Assembly: GCA_977020255.1 (NCBI GenBank)
Contig: CDROCS010004896.1
Span: forward strand, 62,001-126,000
Direction: 5' to 3'
Source: Obrimoposthia wandeli
Lineage: Eukaryota
Length of the DNA: 64,000 nucleotides
This document shows, piece after piece, positions 39,483-50,412 of the stretch (positions are counted from its first letter, which is position 1; the number at the start of each line of letters is the position of its first letter). Under the pieces are notes generated by a model, which was not told the origin of the DNA, searched no databases, and saw only the letters and a list, made by a program, of their open reading frames with translations. The translations under genes were made by a program, and so were the position numbers.

Positions 39483-40574
39483 ATGCCTCTATTTCATAAT
39501 CCTTCAGAACACTCCCGCCTTTTAAAGAGAATTGCGTCTTTAGAAGCAGAAAACGCTGTATTGCTAGAAGATCTATCCAACAAAGAATCTATAACTATTA
39601 ACAACAATGAGCAGCACCAAGCTGAAAAAGATAAGTACGATCTCAATACACTGCTCTTTGCCAAATACATCAACTCTCAAGAAATTATTAATGACATACG
39701 TCACTCAGTAGCAGAGTCGTCTGCTGAGTCATTGAATGAAAAAGAAAGCCTCTCTGGCTCGATGCAGAACTTCAGTGAAATTGGTTCGTTGATAGGTACC
39801 AGCAGCACAACACTCGGGGGGTTAAATACGCAGATGGGCAGTATTGCTAGCACCGTGGAAATACTATCAAGCACAGCCCTTCAAATCGAAACCTTCATAT
39901 CACAGATTCAGGATATTGCTGCACAAACGAATCTACTCGCCTTAAATGCTGCTATCGAAGCTGCTCGAGCTGGTGAACAAGGTCGAGGCTTTGCGGTCGT
40001 TGCAGATGAGGTGCGAGCACTCGCCGCTCGCTCTGCTGATGCCTCAGAACAAATTACTAATTTAACTACCACCATTAAAACTCAAACTGAGTTAGCCACA
40101 AAAGAAATTGCTCATCAGCAGTTGGAAACAGAAAAAGTCACTGTCGTTTCAAATTCCATTAGTGAAATTATCGGTGATGTCTCTGCAGCAGCGCAGAGTA
40201 TGTTCCAGTCAATTAAGAAAACCAGTCATGTGTCGTTTCTGCAATCAGTGAAACTTGATCACATTGCTTGGAAAACTGACATTTATAAAAATATTATCGG
40301 CTTGAATAAAGAAGGCCAATATGACTTTTCTACCCATACACAATGCCGATTAGGGAAATGGTATTACGAAGAAGCTCATGCAGATATTGATAAGTCATCG
40401 CATAAATATAAAAATTTAGAAACACCCCATAAGAAGGTTCATGAGTCCGGACATGAAGCACTCAATTTGTTCAAAAAAGGGGATAATACAAAAATGATTG
40501 CTGCTCTCGATAATATGGAAAATGCGAGTATTGAAACAACACATTTAATTGCTGGATTAGAAAGCGACTTTTAG
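39483..40574 (+). CDS. Soluble methyl-accepting chemotaxis protein with C-terminal CZB domain
   Basis: [31 protein letters not shown]; CZB motifs [16 protein letters not shown] and HKKVH; no TM segment. Confidence 0.92.
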   Translation: MPLFHNPSEHSRLLKRIASLEAENAVLLEDLSNKESITINNNEQHQAEKDKYDLNTLLFAKYINSQEIINDIRHSVAESSAESLNEKESLSGSMQNFSEIGSLIGTSSTTLGGLNTQMGSIASTVEILSSTALQIETFISQIQDIAAQTNLLALNAAIEAARAGEQGRGFAVVADEVRALAARSADASEQITNLTTTIKTQTELATKEIAHQQLETEKVTVVSNSISEIIGDVSAAAQSMFQSIKKTSHVSFLQSVKLDHIAWKTDIYKNIIGLNKEGQYDFSTHTQCRLGKWYYEEAHADIDKSSHKYKNLETPHKKVHESGHEALNLFKKGDNTKMIAALDNMENASIETTHLIAGLESDF

Positions 40575-40590
40575 CGGTTTATTAAAACAG

Positions 40591-40626
40591 CAAAGGCCGA
40601 GCATCATTTAAAATACTCAGCCTTTG
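40591..40626 (-). terminator. Hairpin between convergent MCP and aminotransferase genes
   Basis: 14-bp stem with two G-U pairs on the minus strand, followed by CTGTTTT. Confidence 0.5.
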
Positions 40627-40646
40627 TTTTACTGCAAAGCTATTAG

Positions 40647-41972
40647 CTACTTAGCTGCAATAGCCTCAGCCATAGAACGATCAGCAATCTCTTCCAACCA
40701 AGCCAAATCCACCGTTTTATGAGCTTCACAGATGAACCAAGGTTCACGAGAATCAGGTTCTAACATAATGCCGTGCTTGATTAGGTTCATAGCAAACGCG
40801 GTATACAGCTCACTATCCGTTTGTTTCCAATCACGGTAATTCGTCGGAACCAAATCACCAAAATGAATACCAAACATCGAGTCTGGACCGGCAAAGCGAT
40901 GTTCTACACCATGCTTAGTGAAAACACGAGAAAGTACCTGCTGAATCTCCGCACCCACCTTGTTGATGGTTTCATACGCGTCAGTTTCGTTGAGTATGGT
41001 CAGCGTCGCTTTAGCAGCACTTAATGCGATCATATTAGCGGTATACGTACCACCATGAGTCACACCTTTGCTGCTGAAACTAATAACATCCATCACGTCC
41101 GCACGGCCACCAAAAGCCGCCACAGGATAACCATTACCCATCGCTTTCGCGTACGTGGTTAAGTCAGCTTTAATGCCATACAACTCTTGTGCCCCACCTT
41201 TAGCGACGCGAAAGCCGGTTTTTACTTCATCCATGATCAGTAAGGTGCCATTGGCATCACACATGTCACGGAGCTTCTGCATGTATTCTTGGCTTGACGC
41301 GATGCTGCCGCAGTTGCCTAAGATCGGCTCAATCACGATCGCCGCAATATCATCACCCACACGAGCGAAAACAGCATCAATCGCTTCGAAGCTATTCAGC
41401 GGCACTGTTTCTAAGTGCTCGCGGCTCGCTTCTGGAATACCGACACCAAAAGACGCAATTTCAGGGTCTTGGCCTGAGTCAGCATCCCAGTTGTCGACAT
41501 CGGATTTCCACATCATTTCGTCATACAGACCGTGGAAACCCCCTTCAACCACAACGATCTTATTACGACCGGTAAATCCACGCGCCGTACGAACAGCCCC
41601 GATCACCGCTTCGGTACCGGAATTAGCAAAGCGCATCTTTTCGATGTTGGGACACATCTGCTTAATCAGCTCGATCACTTCTGAATCAAGATCGGTAGAG
41701 AAACCAGAAATAGTGCCGCGCTCAGTAATCGCTTTAATCACTTCTTGGTCGACACGCGTATCGCGATAACCCAAGATAATCGGGCCATAAGCCAAACGAA
41801 AATCAGTAAACGTCTGATCATCAGCATCCGTAATGGTGCAACCTTCGCTGCTTTTAACAAATACAGTATTGTCTTCACCCCAATAGCGATAGCTATCGGC
41901 AACGCCCATTGGCATATTGGTATGAGCTTGCTGTAACAGAGTATTGGTAACCGGTTTAGCTGGATTCGTCAT
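40647..41972 (-). CDS. Class-III PLP aminotransferase, HemL/GSAM-like paralog
   Basis: NSGTEA, EGGFHG, EPILGN, DEVKTGFR, AKAMGNGYPVAA and HGGTY; start uncertain (ATG 41972 or GTG 41987). Confidence 0.85.
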   Translation of the reverse strand: MTNPAKPVTNTLLQQAHTNMPMGVADSYRYWGEDNTVFVKSSEGCTITDADDQTFTDFRLAYGPIILGYRDTRVDQEVIKAITERGTISGFSTDLDSEVIELIKQMCPNIEKMRFANSGTEAVIGAVRTARGFTGRNKIVVVEGGFHGLYDEMMWKSDVDNWDADSGQDPEIASFGVGIPEASREHLETVPLNSFEAIDAVFARVGDDIAAIVIEPILGNCGSIASSQEYMQKLRDMCDANGTLLIMDEVKTGFRVAKGGAQELYGIKADLTTYAKAMGNGYPVAAFGGRADVMDVISFSSKGVTHGGTYTANMIALSAAKATLTILNETDAYETINKVGAEIQQVLSRVFTKHGVEHRFAGPDSMFGIHFGDLVPTNYRDWKQTDSELYTAFAMNLIKHGIMLEPDSREPWFICEAHKTVDLAWLEEIADRSMAEAIAAK

Positions 41973-42201
41973 AATTTGATTCTGCACTCATGATTGATGA
42001 TCACATTTGATTTATGGCGCGCATAATACAGGGCTATAAAGGGCTTTGCATCCAAGATGTATCATTGCTGAATAAAAGCTACAAAAATTCACACGCTATT
42101 AGTCTTACTATTTATAAGGTTGATCTATAACTATCAAGGAATAAGCGCTAACGTGCTACACTTTCACTCATCATTTACACCTTATATTTGAGCTGCTATT
42201 C

Positions 42202-43788
42202 ATGGATTTTCTCTGGATTCTTATTGCTTTCATTTGCGGTTTTATCGCAAAGCAAATCAATCTTCCCCCTCTAATCGGTTATTTAGCCGCTGGCTTTGGT
42301 CTACATGCTTATGGGGTAACCCCGCATGCTAATTTAGAAACCTTGGCCAACATCGGTATCACCTTGATGCTATTTACCATTGGCCTGAAGGTGAATGCCC
42401 AGAGTTTATTGAAAACCTCAGTATGGGCTGGCACTAGTTTACACATGCTGACTTGGGTGATTGTGGGCGCACTATTATTGAAAGGTTTTGCGTTATTAGG
42501 GATCAGCTATTTTGTCGACCTTGACTGGCCTGCCCTTGCCTTAATCAGCTTTGCGCTTAGTTTTAGCAGCACCGTATGTATTGTTAAGCTGTTAGAAGAC
42601 AAAAATGAAATGAAAGCTCGCCACGGTAAGTTGGCGGTCGGTATTCTCGTGATGCAGGACATTGTCGCCGTGGCTTTCTTAGTCATCGCTACCGGTAAGA
42701 TACCTTCTTTATATGCTTTGGCTTTGCTACTACTTTGGCCCGCGCGTCCGCTCTTAAACCGCATTCTAAACATGAGTGGCCACGGTGAATTATTGCCCTT
42801 AATCGGTATATTCTTGGCCTTAGGGGGTTATGAATTATTTGAATTAGTGAATATGAAGGGTGACTTAGGTGCCTTGGTTGTTGGCCTATTATTAAGCCAA
42901 CATACCAAGTCAGCAGAATTAGCAAAATCATTATTAAGTTTCAAAGATCTCTTCTTAATCGGCTTCTTTTTATCCATCGGCTTTACCGCATTACCCACTT
43001 TCGAGATGATGCCCGCGCTGGCAGTCGTCAGTTTCATATTGATTATCAAGGGCGTATTACTGTTCCATATTTTAGCCGCTCTTGGGGTTGCTGGTCGTAA
43101 TATGTTTCTCGGCAGTATGGTACTGACCAACTACAGCGAATTTGGCTTAATCGTGGCCGCCTTGTGCGTTCAAAATGGCTGGCTCGATAAAGACTGGCTA
43201 GTGATCATCGCCCTCGCCGTGAGTATCTCATTCGTCTTTACCAGCATATTTTACAACTACGCGCACACGGCTTATGCCTACGCCAGGAACTGGGTTAAGT
43301 ATTTCGAAAGAGAGCAACCGATACCGGCCTACCAAGAACAACTTAAAAGCGCTGAAATTTTAATCATAGGAATGGGCCGTGTTGGGCGCAGTTCGTACGA
43401 TGTTCTTCATGCCCAGCTCGACGATAAGGTTTGGGGCGTAGAATCAGATATTGATAAGGTTCGCCGACACAGAGACGAAGGCCGCCACATCATTTTAGGT
43501 GACGCTGAAGATGCCGACTTCTGGGAAACTCGTGAACTATGGCATATTAAACTCATCATGCTTGCGATGCCTGCGGTAACTGATATTCACGACATTACGG
43601 TTCAGCTCAAACTCAGCGGTTATACCGGCCATATCGCCGCGATTGCCCGCTACGAAGATGAACGTGAAAAACTCATGGCGATGGGGATCGACAACGTCTT
43701 TAACTATTACGTAGAAGCCGGTACCGGTTTCGCTGAAGAAAGCTTGCATCTATTAGAGCAAGACAGCCAAACTAAACGAGCTATTTAA
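42202..43788 (+). CDS. CPA2/Kef-type cation:proton antiporter with TrkA-N domain
   Basis: About 12 TM helices; LMLFTIGL, FSSTVCIVK and ILVMQDI; C-terminal IGMGRVG Rossmann motif. Confidence 0.9.
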   Translation: MDFLWILIAFICGFIAKQINLPPLIGYLAAGFGLHAYGVTPHANLETLANIGITLMLFTIGLKVNAQSLLKTSVWAGTSLHMLTWVIVGALLLKGFALLGISYFVDLDWPALALISFALSFSSTVCIVKLLEDKNEMKARHGKLAVGILVMQDIVAVAFLVIATGKIPSLYALALLLLWPARPLLNRILNMSGHGELLPLIGIFLALGGYELFELVNMKGDLGALVVGLLLSQHTKSAELAKSLLSFKDLFLIGFFLSIGFTALPTFEMMPALAVVSFILIIKGVLLFHILAALGVAGRNMFLGSMVLTNYSEFGLIVAALCVQNGWLDKDWLVIIALAVSISFVFTSIFYNYAHTAYAYARNWVKYFEREQPIPAYQEQLKSAEILIIGMGRVGRSSYDVLHAQLDDKVWGVESDIDKVRRHRDEGRHIILGDAEDADFWETRELWHIKLIMLAMPAVTDIHDITVQLKLSGYTGHIAAIARYEDEREKLMAMGIDNVFNYYVEAGTGFAEESLHLLEQDSQTKRAI

Positions 43789-43800
43789 GACTATAAAACA

Positions 43801-44262
43801 ATGACACAAAATACTATCTGGGTAGATGCTGACGCCTGCCCAAACGCGATTAAAGAAACATTATTTAAAGCCGCTAACCGCAAAGAAATCCCACTGATTT
43901 TAGTCGCCAATCATTTCCTCAAAGTGCCGCCGTCCATTTGGATTAAAAGTATTCAAGTAGAATCGGGCTTTGATGTTGCTGATGATTATATTGTGGCCGA
44001 AGTGAACAAAGATGACTTAGTCATTACTTCTGACATTCCTTTAGCGGCTGAACTCATTGAAAAAGGCGCTCAGGTTATTACCGCTCGCGGTGATATTTTT
44101 GACAAAACCAATATCAAACAGAAACTCAACATGCGTGATTTCATGGATACCATGCGCAGCTCAGGTGAACATAGCGGTGGCCAGGCCGCAATGAATGCCA
44201 AAGATAAGCAAACGTTTGCTAATGCACTGGATCGTTATTTAGCTCGATTTAAGAAAGCATAG
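43801..44262 (+). CDS. yaiI: YaiI/YqxD (DUF188) family protein
   Basis: [17 protein letters not shown] and [11 protein letters not shown] motifs. Confidence 0.9.
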   Translation: MTQNTIWVDADACPNAIKETLFKAANRKEIPLILVANHFLKVPPSIWIKSIQVESGFDVADDYIVAEVNKDDLVITSDIPLAAELIEKGAQVITARGDIFDKTNIKQKLNMRDFMDTMRSSGEHSGGQAAMNAKDKQTFANALDRYLARFKKA

Positions 44263-44385
44263 ATATGAACAATGTTAATGTTCCAGCAGTGAGATAGTTT
44301 AATCCGTAATATCCTCTATTCAGCTCTTTAAGTTTTAGGCTAGTCTGTTAGTTAATACAGTAACTTAGCCTTAGGATTAGAACTT

Positions 44386-45225
44386 ATGAGCAAGACCTCA
44401 GATTATATACCTCCAGCAGTATGGCAAGCCGAAAAAACTGGCGGTGAGTTCGCCAATATCAACCGCCCAACCTCTGGGGCTACTCACGAAAAAACATTAC
44501 CTTTTGGTAAGCACCCCTTCCAGCTTCATTCTTTAGCGACCCCCAACGGCGTTAAAGTCACTATCATGCTAGAAGAGCTGATTGAAAAAGGCATCGACGC
44601 TGCTGAGTACGATGCCTATCCGATTAACATTATGGAAGGTGATCAGTTCGGTTCGGGCTTTGTCGATATTAACCCTAACTCTAAAATTCCTGCTTTAGTC
44701 GATAATAGTGGTAAGAAGCCTGTCCGTATTTTCGAGTCGGGGGCTATCCTGATTCATTTAGCGGAAAAATTTGATAGCTTTTTGCCACAAGGCGCAGCGA
44801 AAGCAGAAGTATTGTCTTGGCTATTTTGGCAGATGGGCAGCGCACCTTTCTTAGGCGGTGGCTTCGGTCACTTCTATGCTTACGCGCCTGAAAAATTAGA
44901 ATATCCGATTAATCGCTATGCTATGGAAGTGAAGCGTCAGCTCGATGTGTTGGATAAACAGCTGGCCAAGAATACCTATATTAGCGGCGAAGATTACACG
45001 ATTGCTGACATGGCTATCTGGCCTTGGTACGGAACGTTAGTATTGGGAGGGTTGTACAGTGCTGCTGAGTTCTTAGATGCTAAATCCTATAAGAATGTTA
45101 TCCGCTGGGCTGAAGCGATTGCAGAACGTCCTGCGGTTAAGCGCGGAAAGATGGTGAACTGCACTTGGGGTGAGCCAGAAGATCAACTGGCTGAGCGGCA
45201 TAGCCAGGCTGACTTTGAAAAATAA
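44386..45225 (+). CDS. yghU: Glutathione-dependent disulfide-bond oxidoreductase (GST family)
   Basis: NRPTSGA, LHSLATPNGVKV, NPNSKIPAL, FESGAIL and GGGFGHFYAYAP. Confidence 0.95.
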   Translation: MSKTSDYIPPAVWQAEKTGGEFANINRPTSGATHEKTLPFGKHPFQLHSLATPNGVKVTIMLEELIEKGIDAAEYDAYPINIMEGDQFGSGFVDINPNSKIPALVDNSGKKPVRIFESGAILIHLAEKFDSFLPQGAAKAEVLSWLFWQMGSAPFLGGGFGHFYAYAPEKLEYPINRYAMEVKRQLDVLDKQLAKNTYISGEDYTIADMAIWPWYGTLVLGGLYSAAEFLDAKSYKNVIRWAEAIAERPAVKRGKMVNCTWGEPEDQLAERHSQADFEK

Positions 45226-45417
45226 CTGAGCTGTAATAATTAAAAACTGGATCCCTCTGCTTGTTAAAACAAGTAGGGGGAAGTACTTCATGCTTTTCGC
45301 TAGAGATTTCAAGTGCATTTATGCAAGTATGGCTAATGCTTTCGTTCAACTTTGTGCTTATCCACCAATGCTTTTTAGCTAAAATTCTAATTTAAAACCC
45401 TTACATACGTTGCAAGA

Positions 45418-46316
45418 TCACGAGGGTTCGAAGCTATGCACAGGATCAAACCACAGCTCTTGTTTATCAAGTGGCGTTGCTGAAGGAAGTAACGGATTAT
45501 TAATTTTGAATAACTTCCTGTTCGGTAAATTAACTCTATCAATATCTTCTTTATGGTATTTTAAAAATAACTTTTCAAAAGAGCCATCTTTAATCATCAT
45601 TTTCATTCCCAACTCAATCCGTTCCGCAATAACAGAACTCTTCTTGGAGGTGAAAAAATACTTTGGCCATGGATAGTATAAAAGAATAGTCTCTTCAATC
45701 ATTAAATTCGGGAGAATATCCTTCCGCGCATCATATTCTTCAGGCGCTTCATTAATACCCCTAGAAAAATAATCAAACCTTCCTTCCATTAACATTCTAA
45801 ATAAGCCTTCATAATCAGGGCCTGTCACTACTTCGAATCCATTCCCTTCAAAAACTTTTACATCATTCCATATATGACCTTGGCCAACCTGTAGCCTTTT
45901 TAATTCTTCCACTGTCTGAATGGCCGCGAATTTAGCTTTATCTTCCTTTTTAATAAGAAAAACTCGATAACCTAGCAACCTTTCCGAATGGGAATTCGGA
46001 TAGGTAATAATGCTTCTTCACGGTTTTTCGATGACGTTGTCCAAACCACATTAACGGCTTCTATCTCTTCTGCTTTCAAAAACTCAATTGCTCGACCAAC
46101 ATTCATCTTTGCTGCTGGGAGCATTTGGAAGGGACCATAGGATTCTGATGTTTTTTCAAGAATGGTTCTTAATAGATTTATGCCATAATCAAAACGCTTG
46201 TCATCTTTAGATACTGGCGATGGAGAATAAATAACGGTCAATTCCTGAGCCATTACCGGGAATGTAATGCAATAGCTTATTAACAAAAAGAGACTCGTAT
46301 TCAATAAAACCTTCAT
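45418..46316 (-). pseudogene. Extracellular solute-binding protein (family 3-like), split by a 1-nt deletion
   Basis: ORF 45972-46316 (signal peptide ...LLPIRIPIRKG) and ORF 45418-45978 (LGYRVFLI...) join if one T is added at 45977-45978 (GGT TTG CTA GGT TAT = GLLGY). Real lesion or sequencing error. Confidence 0.75.
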
Positions 46317-46507
46317 GGCTTGCTATTCTCAATGTAACTTACACTATAGGTTAGTTAATTAATCAGAGAACTCCAAGCTAAGTTCTCGTATAGGCATGAC
46401 TTCGATTACCCGATAGAGCTTACCAAGGGTAAGATAATACGACCTCAATAACTGGCGAAATTATCGCTAAAATTATATCCATACGCTTATCGACCTCCTA
46501 CTTGCAG

Positions 46508-47413
46508 CTACGCTTTATTTAATAACTGAAGAATATATTCCACAGTTTCAGCGGGCTCTTCCATAGGAAAGCAATGATTACGGCCAAATTCATACAGTTG
46601 AATTTTTTTGTTCTTTTTACCAGCCTTTTCAATTCCTTGGCGAACAAAAAAGAAGCTTTTTTCAGCAATAATAATGTCGGTTTTTATCGATAGTTTCTTA
46701 ACTGATTTCCACAGGCTTTTTGGGAATGATCCGAAGATTGATGCTTCCCAACGAGGTGAACAAGAAAGCTCTCGCTCCCCTTGCTCATTAATATGCGAAG
46801 CTGAATGTAAAAAGTGCTCCATTACTTGAGAATCGAAATTACGGTACAGCGCTTTATTCGACAGCTCTATTTTCATATCGCCAATATTCTGCCATTTATA
46901 CTTTCTATTATTCACCGCTTTAAAGGTCGATGTATATTTCCATAAATGAGAAGCACGAATAAAGTATTGCATGACTGACATTGATCGTTTCAACATGATT
47001 GGGTCGAGTAAAATAATACGGCTAAACAGATCAGGATTACGACTCGCGGCAATAAGCGTCAATACACCGCCAAATGAATGTCCTATTCCTATTACTGGGC
47101 CTTTATTAGCCACATCCATTTCTATACGGATCGACTCAGCCAGCGCATCGGCCAATGCCAACCAATCAGGCATACGGCAATCAAACCAGCTAGAACCTCC
47201 ATGCCCAGGAATGTTGCTAATATAACAATCCCAGTTTTCTGGCATTAGATGAACCAACGGTATTAAAGTACCCGCCGAGAACCCCGTGCCATGAAGTAAG
47301 TGTACCCGCTCTTCGGGATTGGCAACTTTTCGATGAAGGCCGTGTATATTATGGCCAAACGAAGTTTCCTGTTGCCAAGTTTCTATGTCAGTAAAGTCTA
47401 AAGATTTATTCAT
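46508..47413 (-). CDS. Alpha/beta hydrolase
   Basis: LLHGTGF oxyanion motif, nucleophile elbow GHSFGG, IILLDP, C-terminal HCFP. Confidence 0.9.
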   Translation of the reverse strand: MNKSLDFTDIETWQQETSFGHNIHGLHRKVANPEERVHLLHGTGFSAGTLIPLVHLMPENWDCYISNIPGHGGSSWFDCRMPDWLALADALAESIRIEMDVANKGPVIGIGHSFGGVLTLIAASRNPDLFSRIILLDPIMLKRSMSVMQYFIRASHLWKYTSTFKAVNNRKYKWQNIGDMKIELSNKALYRNFDSQVMEHFLHSASHINEQGERELSCSPRWEASIFGSFPKSLWKSVKKLSIKTDIIIAEKSFFFVRQGIEKAGKKNKKIQLYEFGRNHCFPMEEPAETVEYILQLLNKA

Positions 47414-47497
47414 GCTGCATTTGTAATAGATATCCAGTATCAGTTCAATACGCAGTTACTTAATGTATCAAAAAAATTATTCGTCCGCTGATCGCTG

Positions 47498-48469
47498 TTA
47501 CGCACTTTTAATATCAAAACTTATAACCTCAGCAATGGTTTCCAAGCCAAGCTGCAGCATTAAAATCCTATCGATACCCATCGCAACTCCAGCGCAATTA
47601 GGTAGACCTGCTTCGTCATCGGCCATCGCCACTAATAATTTTTCATCAATTGGGCGATCAGTTCCTTTCAGTTCTTTTTCGAAACGCTGTCTTTGCTCTT
47701 GGCTATCGGTCAATTCGTGATAGCCATTGGCAAGTTCTAAGCTATTAAGATAAACCTCAAAACGCTCAGCAATAACCTGCCCATTATCGTCTTTGTTTAA
47801 CTTAGCTAATGCGGCCTGGCTTGCGGGGTAGTTATAAATAAAGACCAGCTGATTTGTCGGCAAGGCCTTTTCTACTTTATGACTCATGATCATATCAAGC
47901 CAGCCATCGCGATTAAGCTCTAGGTCGCCACCGGCTAATGCGAGACCTAATTCTTTGATGTCATCATCGCTAGCAGAGAAAGGATCTAAACCTGCATATT
48001 GAATAACGGCTTGCTGGTAAGTTAAAAATAACGGCGCATCTTCTAACTCAATTTCTGAATCATTAAACAGTTCATCTAATAAATCAGCGACTTCGTGCAT
48101 CAGTTCTTGATGATCCATACCCAAGCGATACCATTCCAGCATGGTAAATTCTGGATTATGTCGGCCGCCGGCTTCGCCCGCACGGAAGACTTTCCCTAAG
48201 GAATAAATATCTCCGCTGCCTGCGCACAATAAACGCTTCATCGAGTATTCTGGCGAGGTATGCAGATATAAGCTTGGCATAACATCAGAGGCAGCTACGG
48301 CTATCGGTTCGATATTCATATCCGCGACGGGCGCATGATTGAGAATCGGCAGCTCAACTTCTAATGCATTGGTTTCGATAAAGAATTCACGAATACTGCG
48401 ATTAAGTGCCGCGCGTGCATGCAATGCTTCGAACGTTGCACTGGGTTTCCAATTCACGGGGACTGACAT
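47498..48469 (-). CDS. epmA: EF-P lysine (R)-beta-lysyl ligase
   Basis: LHTSPEYSMKRLL, FRAGEAGGRHNPEFTMLEWYR, ELANGYHEL and GVAMGIDR; next to efp. Confidence 0.96.
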   Translation of the reverse strand: MSVPVNWKPSATFEALHARAALNRSIREFFIETNALEVELPILNHAPVADMNIEPIAVAASDVMPSLYLHTSPEYSMKRLLCAGSGDIYSLGKVFRAGEAGGRHNPEFTMLEWYRLGMDHQELMHEVADLLDELFNDSEIELEDAPLFLTYQQAVIQYAGLDPFSASDDDIKELGLALAGGDLELNRDGWLDMIMSHKVEKALPTNQLVFIYNYPASQAALAKLNKDDNGQVIAERFEVYLNSLELANGYHELTDSQEQRQRFEKELKGTDRPIDEKLLVAMADDEAGLPNCAGVAMGIDRILMLQLGLETIAEVISFDIKSA

Positions 48470-48514
48470 ATAAAAACTCTCTACTTACTTAGCTAGCAAT
48501 TTATTTTTCACATA

Positions 48515-48542
48515 AAAAAAGGAAGCCTAGGCTTCCTTTTTT
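48515..48542. terminator. Palindromic terminator after efp
   Basis: Perfect palindrome AAAAAAGGAAGCCTAGGCTTCCTTTTTT. Confidence 0.8.
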
Positions 48543-48596
48543 AAATAAGCGGCTAAATCACTTTAACTCGGCTTACCTATTACTATTAATAGTCGA

Positions 48597-49166
48597 TTAC
48601 TTCGCGCGGCTAACGTATTCGCCAACACGAGTATCGATGCGTAACATTTCACCGATTTCGATGAATAATGGTACACGAACCATAGCGCCCGTTTGTAAAT
48701 AGGCAGGCTTAGAACCACCTTGAGCGGTATCGCCTTTAAGACCAGGATCAGTCTCAGTTACTTCAAGGTCAATGAAGTTAGGCGGTGTGATGCTTAAGAT
48801 AGCGCCATTAAACAAGGTAACTTCGTAAACTTGCTGCTCTTTCAGCCAGTTCTTGTTTTCGCTGATCGCTTCTTCTGACGCAGGATGTTGCTCAAAAGAA
48901 CCATCCGTCATCATGAAGTGCCAGAATTCACCGTCGGTATATAAGTATTCCATGTCGATGTCCATGACATCGGCACCTTCCAGCTTTTCACCCGACTTGA
49001 AAGTACGCTCCCAAGTACGACCGTTTTTCAGATTTTTCAACTTAACACGGCTAAAGGCTTGGCCCTTACCCGGCTTAACAAATTCGTTTTCTACGATGGC
49101 ACAAGGATCGCCATCCAGCATTACTTTAAGACCTGATTTAAATTCGCTGGTAGAATAATTAGCCAT
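48597..49166 (-). CDS. efp: Elongation factor P
   Basis: KPGKGQAF (modified Lys loop), [11 protein letters not shown] and DTRVGEY. Confidence 0.99.
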   Translation of the reverse strand: MANYSTSEFKSGLKVMLDGDPCAIVENEFVKPGKGQAFSRVKLKNLKNGRTWERTFKSGEKLEGADVMDIDMEYLYTDGEFWHFMMTDGSFEQHPASEEAISENKNWLKEQQVYEVTLFNGAILSITPPNFIDLEVTETDPGLKGDTAQGGSKPAYLQTGAMVRVPLFIEIGEMLRIDTRVGEYVSRAK

Positions 49167-49223
49167 GAGACCCTCGCCAAGACAATAATGGGGTTCAGTA
49201 AATCTGCCCCCAGAAAAAGAGCT

Positions 49224-50273
49224 ATGATAACCGAAACCCCGTTAGTGATCGAATCTTTAACCGATATTAATCTGGTGCCAGCGCAATCTTACCAACAGAG
49301 TAGTTGGAATCAAGTACTCGCAGGCGCGACCAAAGATGTTAAAAGCCTATTAAATCAGCTCGAAATTCAGGTTTCTGATCTCACTCAGCGCCAGCAGGCA
49401 TGTCTCGACTTTCCCTTATTGGTACCTCAACCTTTCATCAATAAGATGGAAAAAGGTAATGCTAATGATCCATTGCTATTACAGGTCTTACCGCAAAGTG
49501 CTGAGCTGGAGTCAGTAGATGGCTATATTAATGATCCTCTGGCAGAGAAACATAGCAACTTACAGAAAGGCCTTATTCATAAATACCATGGCCGAGTATT
49601 GGTACTATTAAGTACTGGTTGTGCCGTTAACTGTCGTTACTGCTTTCGCCGCCACTTCCCTTATCAAGAGAACAGAATAGGTAAGAATGATTGGCAAGCT
49701 ATTTTGGATTATGTAGCTCAAGATACGTCAATTGAAGAATTGATTTTAAGCGGTGGTGATCCTTTGATGCTGAGCGATCAGCAACTGGAAAAATTTATTA
49801 AGCAAGCTGAGGCCATTCCTCACTTAGAACGTCTTCGAATTCATACACGCCTGCCCGTTGTCATCCCGCAGCGCTTAACTGATAGATTTGTCGATATATT
49901 ACACTCATCACGTTTTAATTGTGCAGTCGTACTGCACATTAATCACAGCAATGAACTTGATCCGCTAATGATTAAAGGTCTAATGAAGCTGAGAGCGTCA
50001 GGCATCACCTTATTAAACCAAGCCGTATTATTGGCGGGTATTAACGACTCAGTCGAATGTCAGATCACATTAAGTAAGGCTTTATTTAAGGCAGGTATAT
50101 TGCCTTACTACTTACACGTTTTGGATAAAGTGACTGGAGCTCATCATTTTGATGTTGATAATACCAAGGCAAAAAGATTACATGAACAGTTATTATTAAA
50201 ATTATCTGGCTATTTAGTACCGAAACTTGTCCGTGAAGAACCGGGTAAAGGCAGTAAGACCCCCGTACTATAA
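49224..50273 (+). CDS. epmB: EF-P beta-lysylation protein (lysine 2,3-aminomutase, radical SAM)
   Basis: [32 protein letters not shown] and PYYLHVLD; divergent from efp; start set at MITETP. Confidence 0.96.
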   Translation: MITETPLVIESLTDINLVPAQSYQQSSWNQVLAGATKDVKSLLNQLEIQVSDLTQRQQACLDFPLLVPQPFINKMEKGNANDPLLLQVLPQSAELESVDGYINDPLAEKHSNLQKGLIHKYHGRVLVLLSTGCAVNCRYCFRRHFPYQENRIGKNDWQAILDYVAQDTSIEELILSGGDPLMLSDQQLEKFIKQAEAIPHLERLRIHTRLPVVIPQRLTDRFVDILHSSRFNCAVVLHINHSNELDPLMIKGLMKLRASGITLLNQAVLLAGINDSVECQITLSKALFKAGILPYYLHVLDKVTGAHHFDVDNTKAKRLHEQLLLKLSGYLVPKLVREEPGKGSKTPVL

Positions 50274-50412
50274 GAGTATCAACAATAGTTATGACTAGAT
50301 GCTCTGAGACAAACAGGTTAGTCTATTACGCTTTCACGATGGATTAGTGAAGATCAGCTATAATTACAATAATATACGCATAGTCAATTTACATTTTTTG
50401 GTAGAAAAAGGC

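Noticed and set aside
41155-41769. 204-aa plus-strand ORF
   Set aside because: Antisense to the aminotransferase; Ser/Pro-rich shadow composition and no motif.
46317-46507. Small hairpins upstream of the solute-binding gene as a possible riboswitch
   Set aside because: No recognisable c-di-GMP, TPP, cobalamin, glycine or lysine aptamer core; an Rfam scan would be needed.
47498-50273. epmA-efp-epmB cluster as a novel system
   Set aside because: The well-characterised EF-P beta-lysylation pathway, with canonical motifs.
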